DNA from: Cyanophora paradoxa CCMP329
Taxonomy: Eukaryota; Plantae; Glaucophyta
Direction: 5' to 3'
Assembly (NCBI GenBank): GCA_004431415.1
Contig: QPMI01000058.1
Coordinates: 124,001-188,000 of the forward strand
Length of the DNA stretch: 64,000 nt
Part shown: positions 32,301 through 45,374 of the stretch, in pieces
Position numbering within the stretch: the stretch's first letter is position 1
Layout: every line of letters begins with the position of its first letter
Made by a program: the position numbers and the translations under genes
The notes under the pieces: model-generated
Told to the model about the DNA's origin: nothing
Databases searched by the model: none
Seen by the model: the letters and a program-made list of their open reading frames with translations, nothing else

Positions 32301-35300
32301 GCCCCTCAGCCGAGCCAGCGGGGGTACCGGTTCGAGGCGGGCGGGCGTTTGCCTGTCGGGGTCCGCAGCGTCGAGGGCGGCGCGGATCGCGTCGCAGGCC
32401 GCGTTCCGGCCCGCCCTGTTGTTTGCGTGGCTCGGCGTTAGCCGGCGCGCGCAGGGCGGGCGGCAGAGGCCCGGGGAGGGAAGTACGCTCGCCTGAGGGA
32501 GGAGAGCAGCAGGTTGATGTGGTCCACCGAGTTCACCTGCGGGGGGTGCCGTCAGAGACAGAGAGGAGGGGGGAGGGAGGCCAGGGGGGTACGGTACGCG
32601 CCTGCTGGACGATGGCGGGGCAGGAGGCGAGGAAGCGCTCGGGCGAGTGCTCGTAGAGGAGCGCGAGGTCCACGCGGTGCGAACGAAGCTCTCGGAACGC
32701 CGCCCCGTATTCCCCCCTGGAGGGTGGAAGGAGGGGGCATGAGATTCGAAGGGGGGATGGGGGGGGGGGGGAGAGGAAGACGAGGGGTACCGGTTGAGGT
32801 GCGTGCGGGCCGAGTCGAGGACGAGGGCGCGGGGGTACACCGTCTCCAGGTTGCCCCGCGGGGCCTGCGGGGCAGTTCGAATCAGAACGGGGAGGGGACC
32901 GGAGGGGGGGGGGGGAAGAAGGCGGGGAGGGGGGGTAGGGTCGCCTGGAGGACGACGCGGGGGTCGTCGCGGGCGGCGGTGACGAGGCGGCTGCCGCGCT
33001 CAATGGCCCGCGTTGTGAGGCCTGTCCAAGGCGGAGGCGCGTGAGTCGCAGCGAAGGGAGAAGGTCTAAGGGGGCTTTCAGGTACCCCCCAGGGCCGCCG
33101 GATCTGCGGCGAGGGCGGCCAGGTCCGGAGCTGCGGCGCGCGCGGGTCAGCCGGCCCGAAGGGAAGCCGGCCGGGGAGGGGTACAGGGACGGGCCGTCGA
33201 GGGGTAGGACGCGGAGGGAGGCGGGGCGGGCGGTAAAGAGGAGGTGGCCCCCGCGGGCCGCCGCGCTCGTCGCGTCCGAGGCCACCAGAGCCCCGTCCAC
33301 GTACAGGCGCCCCCGCTCCTGGAGGCACACGAGCACGTCCCGCCCCGGGGAAGGCGTCGCCACCGCCAGCCGGGCGCAGGGCGCCGGCAGCGGCGGCAGC
33401 GCCTCCAGCGCGACCGGGCCGGGCGCCGGCTCCGGGCCCGGAGAGCACGCGAAGATCGCGCCGTCCGTCCTGCGGCAGCGGTAAACAAACAACAGCCGAA
33501 GGAGCACAGGGGGGTACGGGGCGCACGCGAGGACGTAGAGGCGCCCCGTGGGGCCCGAGAGGGCTACGGCGGCCGCCGTTCGGTTGCCCGGCAGCTGCGG
33601 CGCGCCGCGGCTCGGCTCGGACCGGGCCGGGCGGGGGCGGGCCCAGGGGTACGAGGATACGGGCGCACGGGGGTACGGGCGGTGCCGAGGACCGGTGCGG
33701 GGTCCCCTTCTCCGAACCAGATCTGAAGGGGGGGGGGGGGGGGGGGGGTCAGGCGCCCGCGGGGAAGGAGCGGCGGGGGGTACGTGTGCCTGGAGGAGGG
33801 CGTCGCCGCAGGGGGACACCCCCGAGGGCCCCGCGACGCAGACGAGGGAGGAGGGGTACGGGAGCGCGGCGTGGCGCGCGCGCTCGAGCCCGGCGGGGCG
33901 GCGAAGGACGGCGCGGGGCGGGCTTGACAGCGCCGCCCCGTCCGCCGCGTCGGGCGGGCGATCGTACGCCAGGAGCGTCCCGTCGGAGAGGAGCACAGCG
34001 AGCGAGCCGTCCGGAGCCCACGCCACCTGAGAAGAAAGGGCGTCAAGCAGGCGGGAGGAGAGGGCGGGGCCGGGGGTAGCGGGGGTAGGGCGCGCCTCGG
34101 AGGCGGGGGAGGGGAGCGAGAGGACGCTTCCGCACATGGGCGGGGGCACCACCGCGCGCCGCAGCGGCGTCAGCAGCACCCGCGCTGCGGCCCTGCCTGA
34201 GAAGAGAAAAACAGGGGGGGAAAAAGCAGGGGTAGGGGGTACGCGCACCGCCGTCGATCACGGCGGCGGCGGAGCTGCAGGGGTACGACGGCGACGCCGT
34301 CGCGTCGCTGACGGCCACGTCCCACGCCAAGTCGAAGCGCGCGTACCCCCCGTCTGGCCGGCCGCGGTCAGGAGGGGGGGGGCGGGGGGTACGCGGCACC
34401 GCACCGGCGCAGGCGACGTGGAGGCGGTAGGGGCGGACGGGGTCCCATCGGAGGGCGGCGGGCGGGGAGGCGAGCCTGGCCTCGGCCTTGAGGTACCAGT
34501 GGCCGTTGGAGAAGGAGTAGAGGTGGACGAGGCCCGAGCCGACGTCGCCCTCACCAAAGGCGACGGCTAGCACGTCCGACTCGCCGCTCCAGTCGAGGGC
34601 GGACGGGCGCCCCGCGCCCCGCAGGCCGCACTGCCCGTGCCGAAGCCCGTTCCGCTCGAACATAGAGAGAACAGGCTCCGACGACGTTCCCGCCGGCGCA
34701 GCGGGGGCCGGGGCGCCGGGCGGGCGGGCCGCCGCAGCGGCCGCCGAAGGGGGCGGCCCCGGCCGGCGCTTCTCCGGCCCGGGAACGTTCGTCATGGGTA
34801 CGGCGATCAGGTTTCCGGAGGGCCTGCGCGGCGGGCGTCGGGGGGATGGAGCGGGTGGGGGAAGGAGCAGGAGCAGGGGGTACCGCCAGGAGAGGGGCCC
34901 CAGGATCGCGCCGCCCTCCTCCCCGCTCGAGTGGGGTACCCCTCGCGCGAGAAGACGCGCAGCCGGTACGCCCCTGCGAGCGGCTCGTGAGGCAGACGCG
35001 GGGCGCGGGGCGCGGGGCGCGGGGCGGGCGGACCGCCGGCGGAGGGGTCCGGAGCGGAGACGGCGAAGAAGCGGCCGTCGCCGCGCCAGGAGATGTGGGC
35101 GCGGGAGCCGGCGGGGGCGAGCGCCGGCTCGGGCCCCGGGGCGCCGCCGTGCAGCGGGCGCTCGGCGAGCACCTCCCAGCCCTTGGTCATCACGACGAGG
35201 CCCAGGGCGCCCGTGACCAGAGCCAGGAGCTCCTGGTCGGGCGCCCACGCCGCGCCCAGCAGACCCGAGTCCACGTCGCCCACGCATTCAACCTGCCGCC

Positions 35301-35757
35301 CCGCCGCCCCGCTCGGCGCGGCCCCGGCCCGCCCGGCGCGCTCGCGAGCGGCGCGGGCGCGCCTTCATTTGGGCCGGGTCGACGGTGAGGAGCTGGCCGG
35401 AGGAGAACGCGACGGCGATTGCCTCGAGCTCCTGCACGTAGTCCATCCCGACGACCGCCGCCGTGCCGGCCGCCTGCACGTCTGGGCTCTCCGCCCGCAG
35501 GTCGAGCTCGACCTCGCCCTGGCGCGGAGCGGGCGATCAGCGCCGCGGAGGCGGGGCGAGACCCAGACGCGCGCGTGGCGCCGCTCGCACGCCTCCGCGC
35601 GTACCTCGGGGCCGCCATCGGCGCTGAAGCTCTGGAGCACGAACGCGGCGTCCAGGAGGTGCACCGTCTGCGAGAACGGGTCCACGCACATCGCCAGAGC
35701 GCCATCGGGGCGCCCCGGGCCGCGCCCGCCCTCGCCCACAACACGCAGGTTCCTCAT
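29310..35757 (-). CDS. ELP1: Elongator complex protein 1 (IKI3/IKAP), multi-exon
   Basis: MRNL start. Motifs AAWAPDQELLALVTG, SWRGDGRFFAVS, RVFSRE, LSWRPSGNLIA, FERNGLRHG, NGHWYLK, VVPPPM, RAIERGSRLV, PRGNLETVYPR, ALGLYDLNLALMVAQ, DPKQYLPFL. Stop inferred from the duplicate copy. Confidence 0.95.
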
Positions 35758-35831
35758 CTTTGACCCCCCCCTGAGCGGCGGGCGGGTACGAGTGCTAGCC
35801 TAGCTCGGCCCTAAAGCTAGGTACCGGTGCG
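35758..35831. promoter_or_regulatory. Putative compact bidirectional promoter (ELP1 / F-box)
   Basis: Only 74 bp separate the divergent ATGs. Confidence 0.55.
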
Positions 35832-37770
35832 ATGTGCTCAATCCACGACCTGCCGGATGCGGTGCTGCTCCATGTCTTCTCGTACCTCCAGCGCCCGGCC
35901 GGCAAGCGGCTCGTCGGCTGCGATGCCCTCGCCCCGCTGCCGCTGCCCGACGTCGTCCCGCTGCAGCAGCTCGTCGCCATCGACTCGGTCTGCCGGCGTT
36001 TCCGCGCCGTCGTCGCCGCAGGCGGGCTCCACACAACCCTCCGTGTGAAAGACGTCGGCGCGAACCCGTACGCCAGGGACGCGGTCTGTCGGCTGGTGCA
36101 GCGGCACGCGGTGCACGTCGTGAAGCTCACTGTCGATGCCTCTGCCCTCGAATCGTACGAACTCGGAGGCGGCACGCTACAGGGCCTGCTTGACATGTGC
36201 GCATGCGGCCGCCCTTCCCGAGCTTAATCGAGGGCCGACGCCCGCGCCGCGCCGCGCGCAGGATGCCGAACCTGCGGCAGCTGAAGGCGTCGGGGCTGCG
36301 GACGCTCTCCGGGGCGCTGCAGCACGCGCGTCTGGAGCGGCTCTGCGTCGCCTTCCGCGACGCTTCGGGCTTGCACGGCAGCCTCGATCTGCGCGCGCCG
36401 GCGCTGCGCTCCCTCCGCGTCACATGCTTCGCCTCGGAGAGCTCCCATCAGCCCGCCAACGGCGCCTACCTCCAGCGCGCCATTCAGTCCTGCTCCGGCA
36501 TCGAGCACCTCGGCCTCATCAACCCAGTGCGCTGTACCCCCCCCCGAACGCTTCGCGGTACCCCTCATTTACCCCGGCTCCGCAGACGCAGAGCCCCGTG
36601 CTGGAGGCGCTCCCCATCGTCTGCCCCAACCTCAAGAGCCTCTCCATCGCCCAGGTACCCCCCGCCTCGCATCTTTCCGGTACCCCCCTTCGCCGACACG
36701 TACCCCCCCAGATGCCGTCGTGGCCGATCCTCGACCGGCTGCTTCGACGCCTCCCGAAGCTCGAAGCCCTCGACCTCGGCAGCCTCCAGCTCACGTGAGT
36801 CACCCACCCTGTACCCCCCTCAGGCTCCTTCCCCCTGGCTTACCGATCTTGGCCCTGCCAGCTACTACGACCCTGGTGCCGGTCCTACGTCCGAGCCTCC
36901 CGTACCCCCGCTAACGTACCCCCCTTCTCCCCCCTCCCCCTCCCCAGGCCCCGAGTTCCCGCGAGTGCTCGCGGAGGCTGCGCGCCCCCTCCGCGCCCTC
37001 GCCCTGCCCCAGCTCGCCCCGGGTACGCCCTTCTCGTCTAACCTCGCTCTGAACTGGTACCCGGCCGCCGCTCACCCCGCACCCGCCCCTCCCCCCCCTC
37101 CCCCCCCCTCCCACCCCCCCCCCTCCCGCCACCCAAGACGTCGTGCTACAGGCCGTCGCCGCCCGCCACGGAGCCACCCTCGAGGTGACCCTGTACCCCC
37201 TTCTGTCTTCCCCGCTCCTCTCCGACGCCCCCGCAGGTACTTTCTCTGCGTGACGCGGAGATTCTGGGCCCCGCGAGCTGGCGCCTCCTGGGTACCGCAT
37301 TCCCGGCCCTGAAAGCCCTCTCCATCGCCCGCCTGGGGCCCCAGCAGGCCCCCGGGCTCCAGTCCGCCCTGGCCGCCCCCGCCTTCGGCCCGCGGCTGCG
37401 CGCCCTGGCCCTGCCCCGCAACGCCCTGCCCCTGCACGCCCTCTACCGCCTCGCCTCTGCGCCCTGCCTGCCCCGCCTCCGCTTCCTCTCCCTCCGCGCC
37501 TCCGAGGCGCTCGACGAGGTGACGCTGGCAGCCATCCTGGCCCGGGCGCCGGCGCTGGCCCGACTGGACCTCTCGGCCTGTCCGCGCCTCCCCGCGGCCG
37601 CCGCCGTGCAGGCGACCTCCGCCCACGCCGCCCTGCGCGAGCTGAAGGTCACGGCGCCGCCCGCCGGCGCCGGCGGGGCCGGCTGGGCGGAGGTGGCCGG
37701 GCCGGCGGCGGCACGGGGCCTGCTCGTGACGGGCACCCGCCGGCTTGAGATCGCCGTCGTCCGCTTTTGA
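35832..37770 (+). CDS. F-box/leucine-rich-repeat protein
   Basis: F-box IHDLPDAVLLHVFSYL...VCRRFR. LRR-like segments CPNLKSLSI, LPKLEALDL, FPALKALSI, APALARLDLSACPRL. Confidence 0.8.
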
Positions 37771-38032
37771 CCTCGGCCCGGGGCCCGGGCCCCCTCGCGC
37801 GAGCCTGCTTCTTCCCTGCAAGCGCGAGCGCGAGCCAGTGTGCATTCTTGCAGCGATCTTCAATTAAATTCAATGATTACATGCATATGCAAGTTTAACT
37901 GGCTTCTGTTAGCTTGAGTATGATATTTCAAGGCGGCCGCAGCCGTGGTGAATGCAAGCAATTAGTTTCCGAGGTTCGGACGCGGCAGGGCAGCTGCAGG
38001 AACGGCTCACTAGGCTGCGTACAAGGCGCCGG

Positions 38033-38868
38033 CTACGCCGTGTGTGACGGGTCGGCGATGGGCGGCGAGCCCAGCGGCTGCGGCTGCGGCTGCGGCGGCG
38101 GCGGCGCCAGCGCCTCCAGCGAAAAGTACGCAAAGTTGCCGTCCGCGCCGCCGCCGCCCCCGCCGCCGCCCCCGGCGTCGGCGGGCAGGCCCGGGCCCGA
38201 GCCGCCCCCCGCGGGCCGCGGGGCGAAGAACATGATGGATGCCCCCACGATCGCGACGAGGCCGCCCACCAGGTCCCACTTGTCCGGCCTCCTGCACAAG
38301 CCGTCGGAACAGCGACTCGGCCTGGCCGCCGGGGCGCCGGCTTTGGGGCGCGCGCGTAGAACGCACTGCTTGTCCAGGGCCCAGCCCCAGAGCACGCTCA
38401 TCGCGATGAAGAGGCCCCCGTACGCTGCCCGCGCGGTCGGGCTCAAAAGGGGGCGGCGCCGCCGGGCGCGCCGCCGGGTTACACATGCACGCGCGCGCAC
38501 CGGCGTAGCTCCGCCCGAAGTCGGCGCTCTGCAGGGGGGGGATGAAGCCGTACACGACGAGGACCATCGACCCGAGGAGGGCCCACCACCAGGGCCGGGC
38601 CTTCCGTCGCGCACCGCCTTCCAAACGAGCCAGCCTGCGCGCGCTCGCTCGTCCAGGTCTAGATCGAAATGTAGCTAACGCGAGCCGTCGCCGATCTAAA
38701 CGGCACGCGAGCGATATAATTGGGGAACGGCGCGCGCAAGCGCGAGCGCGCGCGCGCGCGCGAACCGCCGCCGATCTCAGCGAGGCCCGACGCGAGGAAG
38801 ATGACGATGGTCTTCAGGACATCCAAGGGCCCATGTTGCGCGTCGCCGCCGCCTCCTCCATCGCCCAT
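38033..38868 (-). CDS. ynfA: YnfA/UPF0060 small membrane protein, intron-containing
   Basis: IFLASGLAEIGG-WLVWK...WWWALLGSMVLVVYGFIP.LQ..DFGR.YAAYGGLFIAMSVLWGW..D...PDKWDLVGG...IMFFAPR. Apparent small frameshifts. Confidence 0.85.
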
Positions 38869-39217
38869 GTGCGCGGGCGGCTGATCGCAAGCGCGGCTTC
38901 GAATTCGCTGCCGCGCGCTGCACTAGCTAGTGCCCCCGCGAGCCACTGGCGCCGCGCCGTGACGTATCTACCGCCCGCCCCGATGTCAAGGGTTCGCGGA
39001 GAGCAGTCGCGGGGCCGTCGAGGGTTGGGTTCGCCGGGCGCCGAGGGTTCGCAGAGGCAGTCCCGCAGTCGCGCGACGGGGAGGGCGAGAGCGATTGCGC
39101 TAGTTCACGCTGCTAGAGCGCACGCTGCGCACATCTTAAGAGCCGCTCGGCTGTCTCTTGGGACGAAGCACCGTACCCGTCATTGTTCGACGTACCCGTT
39201 CGCGTGGGATCTGAGAA

Positions 39218-41357
39218 ATGAAGAGCGCCGCCTTCGCCTGCCCGGCGCTCGCATCGGCCCCGCATACCGCTGCGGCGGTCGTGGCGTCCAGCTCAAGCTA
39301 CAGCCCGCAGGCCCCCGCGCGTGCAGCCTCGCGTGCGACCCCGTTCCGGGCCTCCACGGAGGCAAAGCAGCTGCGGTGGTCCGCTTCCCAAACCGCTGGC
39401 ACTCAGTTCCAGGCGCGCGCGCGCCGGGCCGAGCGCCGATTTGATGTCGCCGAGGTGCGCCTCCGCATGCGTGCCCAGCAAGTAGACGAGCGTTCCTGAT
39501 GGTTGTTCCTTCCGCGAGCAGATCAGCGCGGTCAGCACCCCTGTGCGCGGCGCCTCCGGGAGTGCGCTGCCCTGCACGAGCCCGTGCGGCCCGCCCGCTG
39601 ACCCTCCCGCGCAGCAACGCAGTCGCAGGGCAAGAAGGCGAGGGTCGCCATCGTTGGCGCAGGGCTGGCGAGCCTGGCGGCCGCTGTGGACCTGGTCGAC
39701 CAAGGGCACGAGGTCGAGATCTTCGAGTCGCGCAACTTCGTCGGCGGCAAGGTCGGCAGCTGGGTCGACAAGGACGGCAACCACATCGAGATGGGCCTCC
39801 ACGTGCGCAGCGGCGCTGCGAATCCAGGCCCGCGCCGCCCCCGGCCGCCGCCAACGCGTCCTTCCCTTCCCAGGTCTTCTTCGGGTGCTACTACAAGCTC
39901 TTCGGGCTGATGGCCAAGCTCGGGATCCTGGAGAGCCTCCTGCTCAAGGAGCACACGCACACGTTCGTGAACAAGGGCGGCAAGACCGGCGCTCTCGACT
40001 TCCGGTTCCCGGTCGGCGCCCCGCTGAACGGTGCCGCCGCCCCGCCTCCCGTTCCTTTTCCTCCTTTCCTCTGAGGCGGGCGGGCGAGCACAGGCCTGAA
40101 GGCGTTCTTCACGACGGACCAGCTCTCGGCCGGCGACAAGCTCGCCAACTCGATCGCGCTGGGCACGAGCCCGATCGTGCGGGCCCTTGTTGACCCCGAG
40201 GGCGCCATGCGTGACATCCGCAACCTCGACGGCATCAGGTTCGCTCGCTCTCTTTCCGCTCTCGCCGCGCCCGCCGCGCCGCCCGCCCGCACGCCTCGTC
40301 CATCCGAAGCCGACCGGCGGGGCCCGCGCCGCCGCGCAGCTTCACGGACTGGTTCAAGCAGCACGGTGGCAGCCAGGGCAGCATCGACCGCATGTGGAAC
40401 CCAATCGCGTGCGCCGCCCCGCCCCGCCTCCCACCCCCTCTCTGGGCTCCCTCCGAGCCAGGCCCGCCCCGTAACTCTCTCGCAGCTACGCGCTGGGCTT
40501 CATCGACTGCGACAACATCTCCGCCCGCTGCATGCTCACCATCTTCCAGGTGCGGCCCCGCCCCGCCCCGCCCCGCCCCGCCCGCCGCCCGTCCCCTTCC
40601 CCTCGCCCTGGGCCGCCCGCCCCCCGCCGCCCCCAGCCTCCCCCGACCTCCCCCTCTCCGCAGTTCTTCGCGACGAAGACGGAGGCGTCGGTGCTGCGCA
40701 TGCTCGAGGGCTCGCCCCACGAGTTCCTGCACGCCCCCATCGTCAAGTACCTCGAAGAGCGCGGCACCAAGGTCCTCGCCGGCTTAGCTTCGCGCCGCTT
40801 GGCCCGGCTTGACTTCCTTCCTCGGCTTGCAGATCAATCTGAAGTCCCGCGTGACCGAGATCAAGCACACGACCGACGCCGCCGGCCTCCCCGACCGGTG
40901 CGCGGCGAGGGCGTGGGGGCGCGCGCTTGCGGGGCGGCCGGAGCTCTTGCCGAGCGGGCGGGGCGGCGGGGCAGGGTGACCGGGATGCGCGTGAACGTGG
41001 ACGGGACGGAGCAGGAGGTTACCGCTGACGTGTACCTCGCGGCCTGCGACGTGCCTGGCATCCACCGCCTGCTGCCCGAGAGCTTCCGGAAGCACGGCAT
41101 GTTCGACCGCATCTACAGCCTGGAGGCTGTACCCGTCGCCACCGTCCAGCTCCGCTTCGATGGCTGGGTCACCGAGCTCCAGGACGAGTCCAGGATGCGC
41201 CAGCGCGAGGCCACCGGTACCCCCCCCCCGCCTTCGAGCCCCCTACCCCCCTCCTCACTGTACGTACCCCCCAGGCCTGGACAACCTCCTCTACTCGGCG
41301 GACGCCGACTTCTCCTGCTTCGCCGACCTCGCCCTTACCAGGTGCCCATACCCCCCT

Positions 41358-41388
<31 letters not shown>

Positions 41389-41900
41389 GCCCTCTTCATT
41401 CGAACCGACCCCGGCGGGCAGCCCGTCGAGCTACTACCGGGAGGGCGAGGGCTCCCTGATGCAGCTCGTGCTCACGCCGGGCGACCCCTGGATCGGCGTC
41501 TCGAACGAGAAGATCGCGGAGCACACGCTCAAGCAGGTCCACGAGGTGCGAGAGAAAGAGCCAGCATCCTCCTTCTTCTTCTTCGTTTCCGCCCTCCCGT
41601 TTCCGTTCGTGCCCTGAAGCCCGCGCGCGCGCGCGCCGCCCGCCCGCCCGCCGCAGCTCTTCCCGTCGTCGCGTAACCTCAACTGCACGTGGTCCTCGGT
41701 CGTCAAGCTCGCCCAGTCGCTGTACCGCGAGTCACCCGGATCGGACGTCTTCCGCCCGACGCAGACGACACCCATCCCCAACTTCTTCCTCGCCGGCTCC
41801 TACACCATGCAGGACTACATCGATTCCATGGAGGGCGCCACTCAGTCCGGCCAGAACGCCGCCCGCGACATCCTCAAGGCCATCCCCTCCCTCGTCTAAA
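39218..41900 (+). CDS. ZDS: Plastid-targeted zeta-carotene desaturase (CrtQ-type)
   Basis: [114 protein letters not shown]. Transit-like leader MKSAAFAC. Confidence 0.97.
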
Positions 41901-43260
41901 TCTGGCCCAGCTGGTCCAGCGTACGCGTACCCCCCCGCCTCGGATCCGGACCCTCCCCCGCTCGCTCGCTCGCTCGCCCCCTTCGTTCGCCCTCGCTCTG
42001 CAGCTGCTGCCCCGCCAGGCTGGCCGCCGGGCGCTGCCATCTAGCCAGCTAGATTTACGTAGTTAGGCCCTTCTCAAGACTTTTCAACTCGAATTACCTT
42101 TAGCCGGCGGCGGCTCGCCAAAGCCCAAATCGAGCCCGGCCACCGTGGCACCCGCTGCGACTTTAACACTGTCACTCCAGGCTGCGGTCCGCGCGCGCGC
42201 GCGCGCGCGCTATCGCCGCCCATGGCCACGGCCACGGCCAGGCCCGGCCGAGGCCGAGGCTGCGGCCGCGGCCGCCGCGCGGGGCGCCGGCGTGATCCGC
42301 GCGGCCGCACGTGCAAGCTGTCGTTCCGAAGTTCCTGCCGCATCTGGCACGACAGATCTAGACCTCGGGACCGTCGGACCCCGGGCCCGGGCCCGTCGGC
42401 GTCGGCCGGCCCCGGCCGCCGGGCGGCCCGGCCCCGGGTGGCCGAGCGCTACCGGTAGCCCTGTAGGCCACGGGGGCCTCGGCCCCCTCCCCCCCCCGCC
42501 CTCCTCCCCACCCCAGTAGGCCCCCACTGGCCCGCGGGGGTACCGCCGTACCGGTCGCGGGACTCGCGGGAGTCGCGGATTGACTCTGGTACCGCTGTTT
42601 TTTCACTTCCTTATCGGATTTAATTTTTTAAACAAGTGGTACCAACCTCGGCAAAAAAGCGGCCCGTAGTACCGGTACTAGCCTAGTAGTAGCCCGGGAC
42701 TACCGGCCGGTAGGCTGTAGCCCCCGCCCTGCAGGGCAGTGCAGGCTGGCTGCAGCTGAGCCGCTAGGGCCCAGCTGCAGCCTGCAGGCTGCAGCCTGCA
42801 GCCTGCAGGCCGCCCAGCAGGCCCAGGCCGCCCAGCTAGCGCTGCAGCCTGCAGGCTGCCGCCACGCGTACGGCGTCGACGTCGGAGATCTAGGAGCTCG
42901 CAGACGTCGCAGCTGCAGGCTGCAAGTGTTGTACGGTCACGGGTAGATTCGCAGCCTAGATCTAGAGTCACGGTCGCAGCCCAGGCCTCGCAGGGCCGAC
43001 GCACTGCGGCAGGCTGTCGTATACGTAGCTGTCGACGCGCGCCGCGACGACGCGTCGCAATAGACGTGCTACGGTGCGCGTTCGTACTGGCCGGCCGAAC
43101 GGCACTAGTACTGCGGCAGTGTGCGCGCGCGGAGGAGTACTACGGTAGGTCCAACGGAGAGCCTCAAAGCGCCGCGGCGTTCGAATTCACAAACCGGCGC
43201 GCGCGTTAGCGCTTATAGTTAGCAGCCCGGCCGCAGCCGCGCCGCGCGCGGGAACTCGGA

Positions 43261-44113
43261 ATGGGTGCCGCGCCGTCAGACGCGTTCGAGATGAGGTTCT
43301 GGCACGCCCGCCAGGTGGCGGAGGCCGAGAGCATGCCGGAGCTCGAGGACGCCAGCGAGCAGTCTGCAGGTGAAGACGCCGACGCCGACGCCGACGCGGA
43401 CGTCGGCCGCGGCTCCGACGGTGCGTGCCCCGGGCATGCGAAATGAGTCTGACGGTCAGGATGCCATATATATGATGATTTCATTCTAAATAAATTAAAA
43501 TGTTTGAGCTTTCCCTTTCCTAAGCATGCATCTAGATCTAGATCTGCGGATGATCGTGACCGCCTTGGGCGTGCAATATTAATGGCCATGCATATGGCCA
43601 TATGCATGGCCGCCGGCGCGGGCGTGTTTTCTTCAAGTTTGCGACCCTTAGCTTTATTCTCAGTCTGCATGCATATGCGCAGCCGCGCATCTAAATGCAG
43701 CTGCAGCTGTCGACGTTGATCATGGCCCATTAATATTTCAAGTCCTGAGTCCTGACGTACGCGTGTTTCGAAACGGCAGAAATCGAAGTCGACGGCTCTC
43801 ATGATCATGTACAAGCTTCGTTACAGGTGCTCAGATTAAATTCGCCTGCGTGTGTATATCAGTTTGAAATCAGGTTCATGATCGTTAACGTTATAATTAC
43901 CGGTCGCAGGACACGTCCACCGACACCGACATCAATAATCATGGGCTCGAGGAGGCGATATCGATGTCCTTCAATGACGAAATAAATGATGCAGAACTAG
44001 ATGAGATCGATATCGATATCGACCTGCAAGCTCGATGTGGAGACGCTTGCTGGGAGGCCAGCCACGTGCACGGGCACGAGCTCGAGGCTGCAGCTGTAGA
44101 TATCGCATTCTGA
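43261..44113 (+). CDS. Possible small acidic hypothetical protein or decayed gene
   Basis: Acidic exon-like frames MGAAPSDAFEMRFWHARQ...DADAD and DTSTDTDINN...VDIAF* with plausible splice sites. No recognisable family. Confidence 0.3.
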
Positions 44114-44497
44114 AATACATGATTGCCGCCAGACCGTCGGATCCGGACTGCACAGTGTGCACAATATTTATTAAGTATATAATTGCAATCCGCGGCCGCA
44201 TGCGCAGCTGACATGTGCATGTGCATCATCATGGCATCGGCATAATGATCGATATCATCGATATCATGATATCGATCATGATAAATCACAGGTCATGTTC
44301 CTCCGACTCGGCGAGGCTCGAGCTTAGATGCCATGATGTGCACGTGCACGTGGCTACAAACATTATATAATTAATATTCAGGACCCGGGAGCGAATTCGA
44401 ACATCATATGGCGGCAAATATTCACCAAAAAAATCGAATATTCATTCGAATTTGCATGCAGCTGCTAGCGCTGAGATCGTGCACGTGTTCGAGATCT

Positions 44498-44744
44498 AGT
44501 GTTGCAGTATGTTGCAGTAGCATGTACCCCCCAGACATTTCCTTGTACCCCCCAGACATTCCCTTTTAGATCACGAGGACGTGATCTCGTGGAGGGGGGA
44601 GTTGTTGTAGTAGGATATACCCCCCAGATAGATGTACCTGTACCCCAATGATACTATGGTATCATTGGGGTACAGGTACATCTATCATGGTATCATTGGG
44701 GTACAGGTACATCTATCTGGGGGGTATATCCTACTACAACACTA
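44498..44744. mobile_element. Foldback/MITE-like element containing a ~52-bp-arm palindrome
   Basis: Termini tagtgttg and caacacta. The arm at 44603-44654 is inverted at about 44690-44741, with an extra partial arm between. Not present in the paralogous segment near 45535. Confidence 0.65.
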
Positions 44745-45114
44745 GAGCTGGGCGCCATGACGGTCATGTGCACGTGCACGATCAGATTTACGGATGATAT
44801 CGATATTTTAACCAGCGTAAATCATTCGTGGCCCTTATAATCAAAATATCAGCGCCGGCGCGCGGCCACGGGATCAGGCCTAGGAGGGCGCGGCGTCGAC
44901 TCGGCGAGCTTGCATCTGCATAATGGACTCGGATGCTCCGGGAAGACGTCGAGAGCTTTCGAGTGATAAATTGCTGGCGCCGAGGGAGCCTCGAAGGAAT
45001 TGCGAATTATCGAAGTTCGAACAAGATCTAGATCTAGAGCCGCACTTGCGCAGGGCCGGCCGGGCCGCATGCGCAGCCCGGCCAGCGGTATCGATATCCC
45101 GTACTATAGCTATA

Positions 45115-45374
45115 CCGTATAACACAATAATATGACGGGCACTTTACTATGTCGGTACCAAATTATGTCGGTTCGGACGCGATCTAACGACATAATTTGG
45201 GACCGACATAAAACGGGTACAGTAAGTCGCACCATACAATCAACCGCCCCAGACAAGCCTGAAAATTTCATGACATACGACATAATTTGGGACCGTGATA
45301 TTTGACCAATTGCAAGAGAAGGGTCAAGTTTTCTAACGACATAAATCTGTCAGCCATATTTTTGTGTTACACGG
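45115..45374. mobile_element. MITE (TA TSD), TIR family related to 19393-19721
   Basis: TIRs ccgtataacacaataatatg and catatttttgtgttacacgg, flanked by TA. Internal gacataatttgggaccg repeats. Confidence 0.85.
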
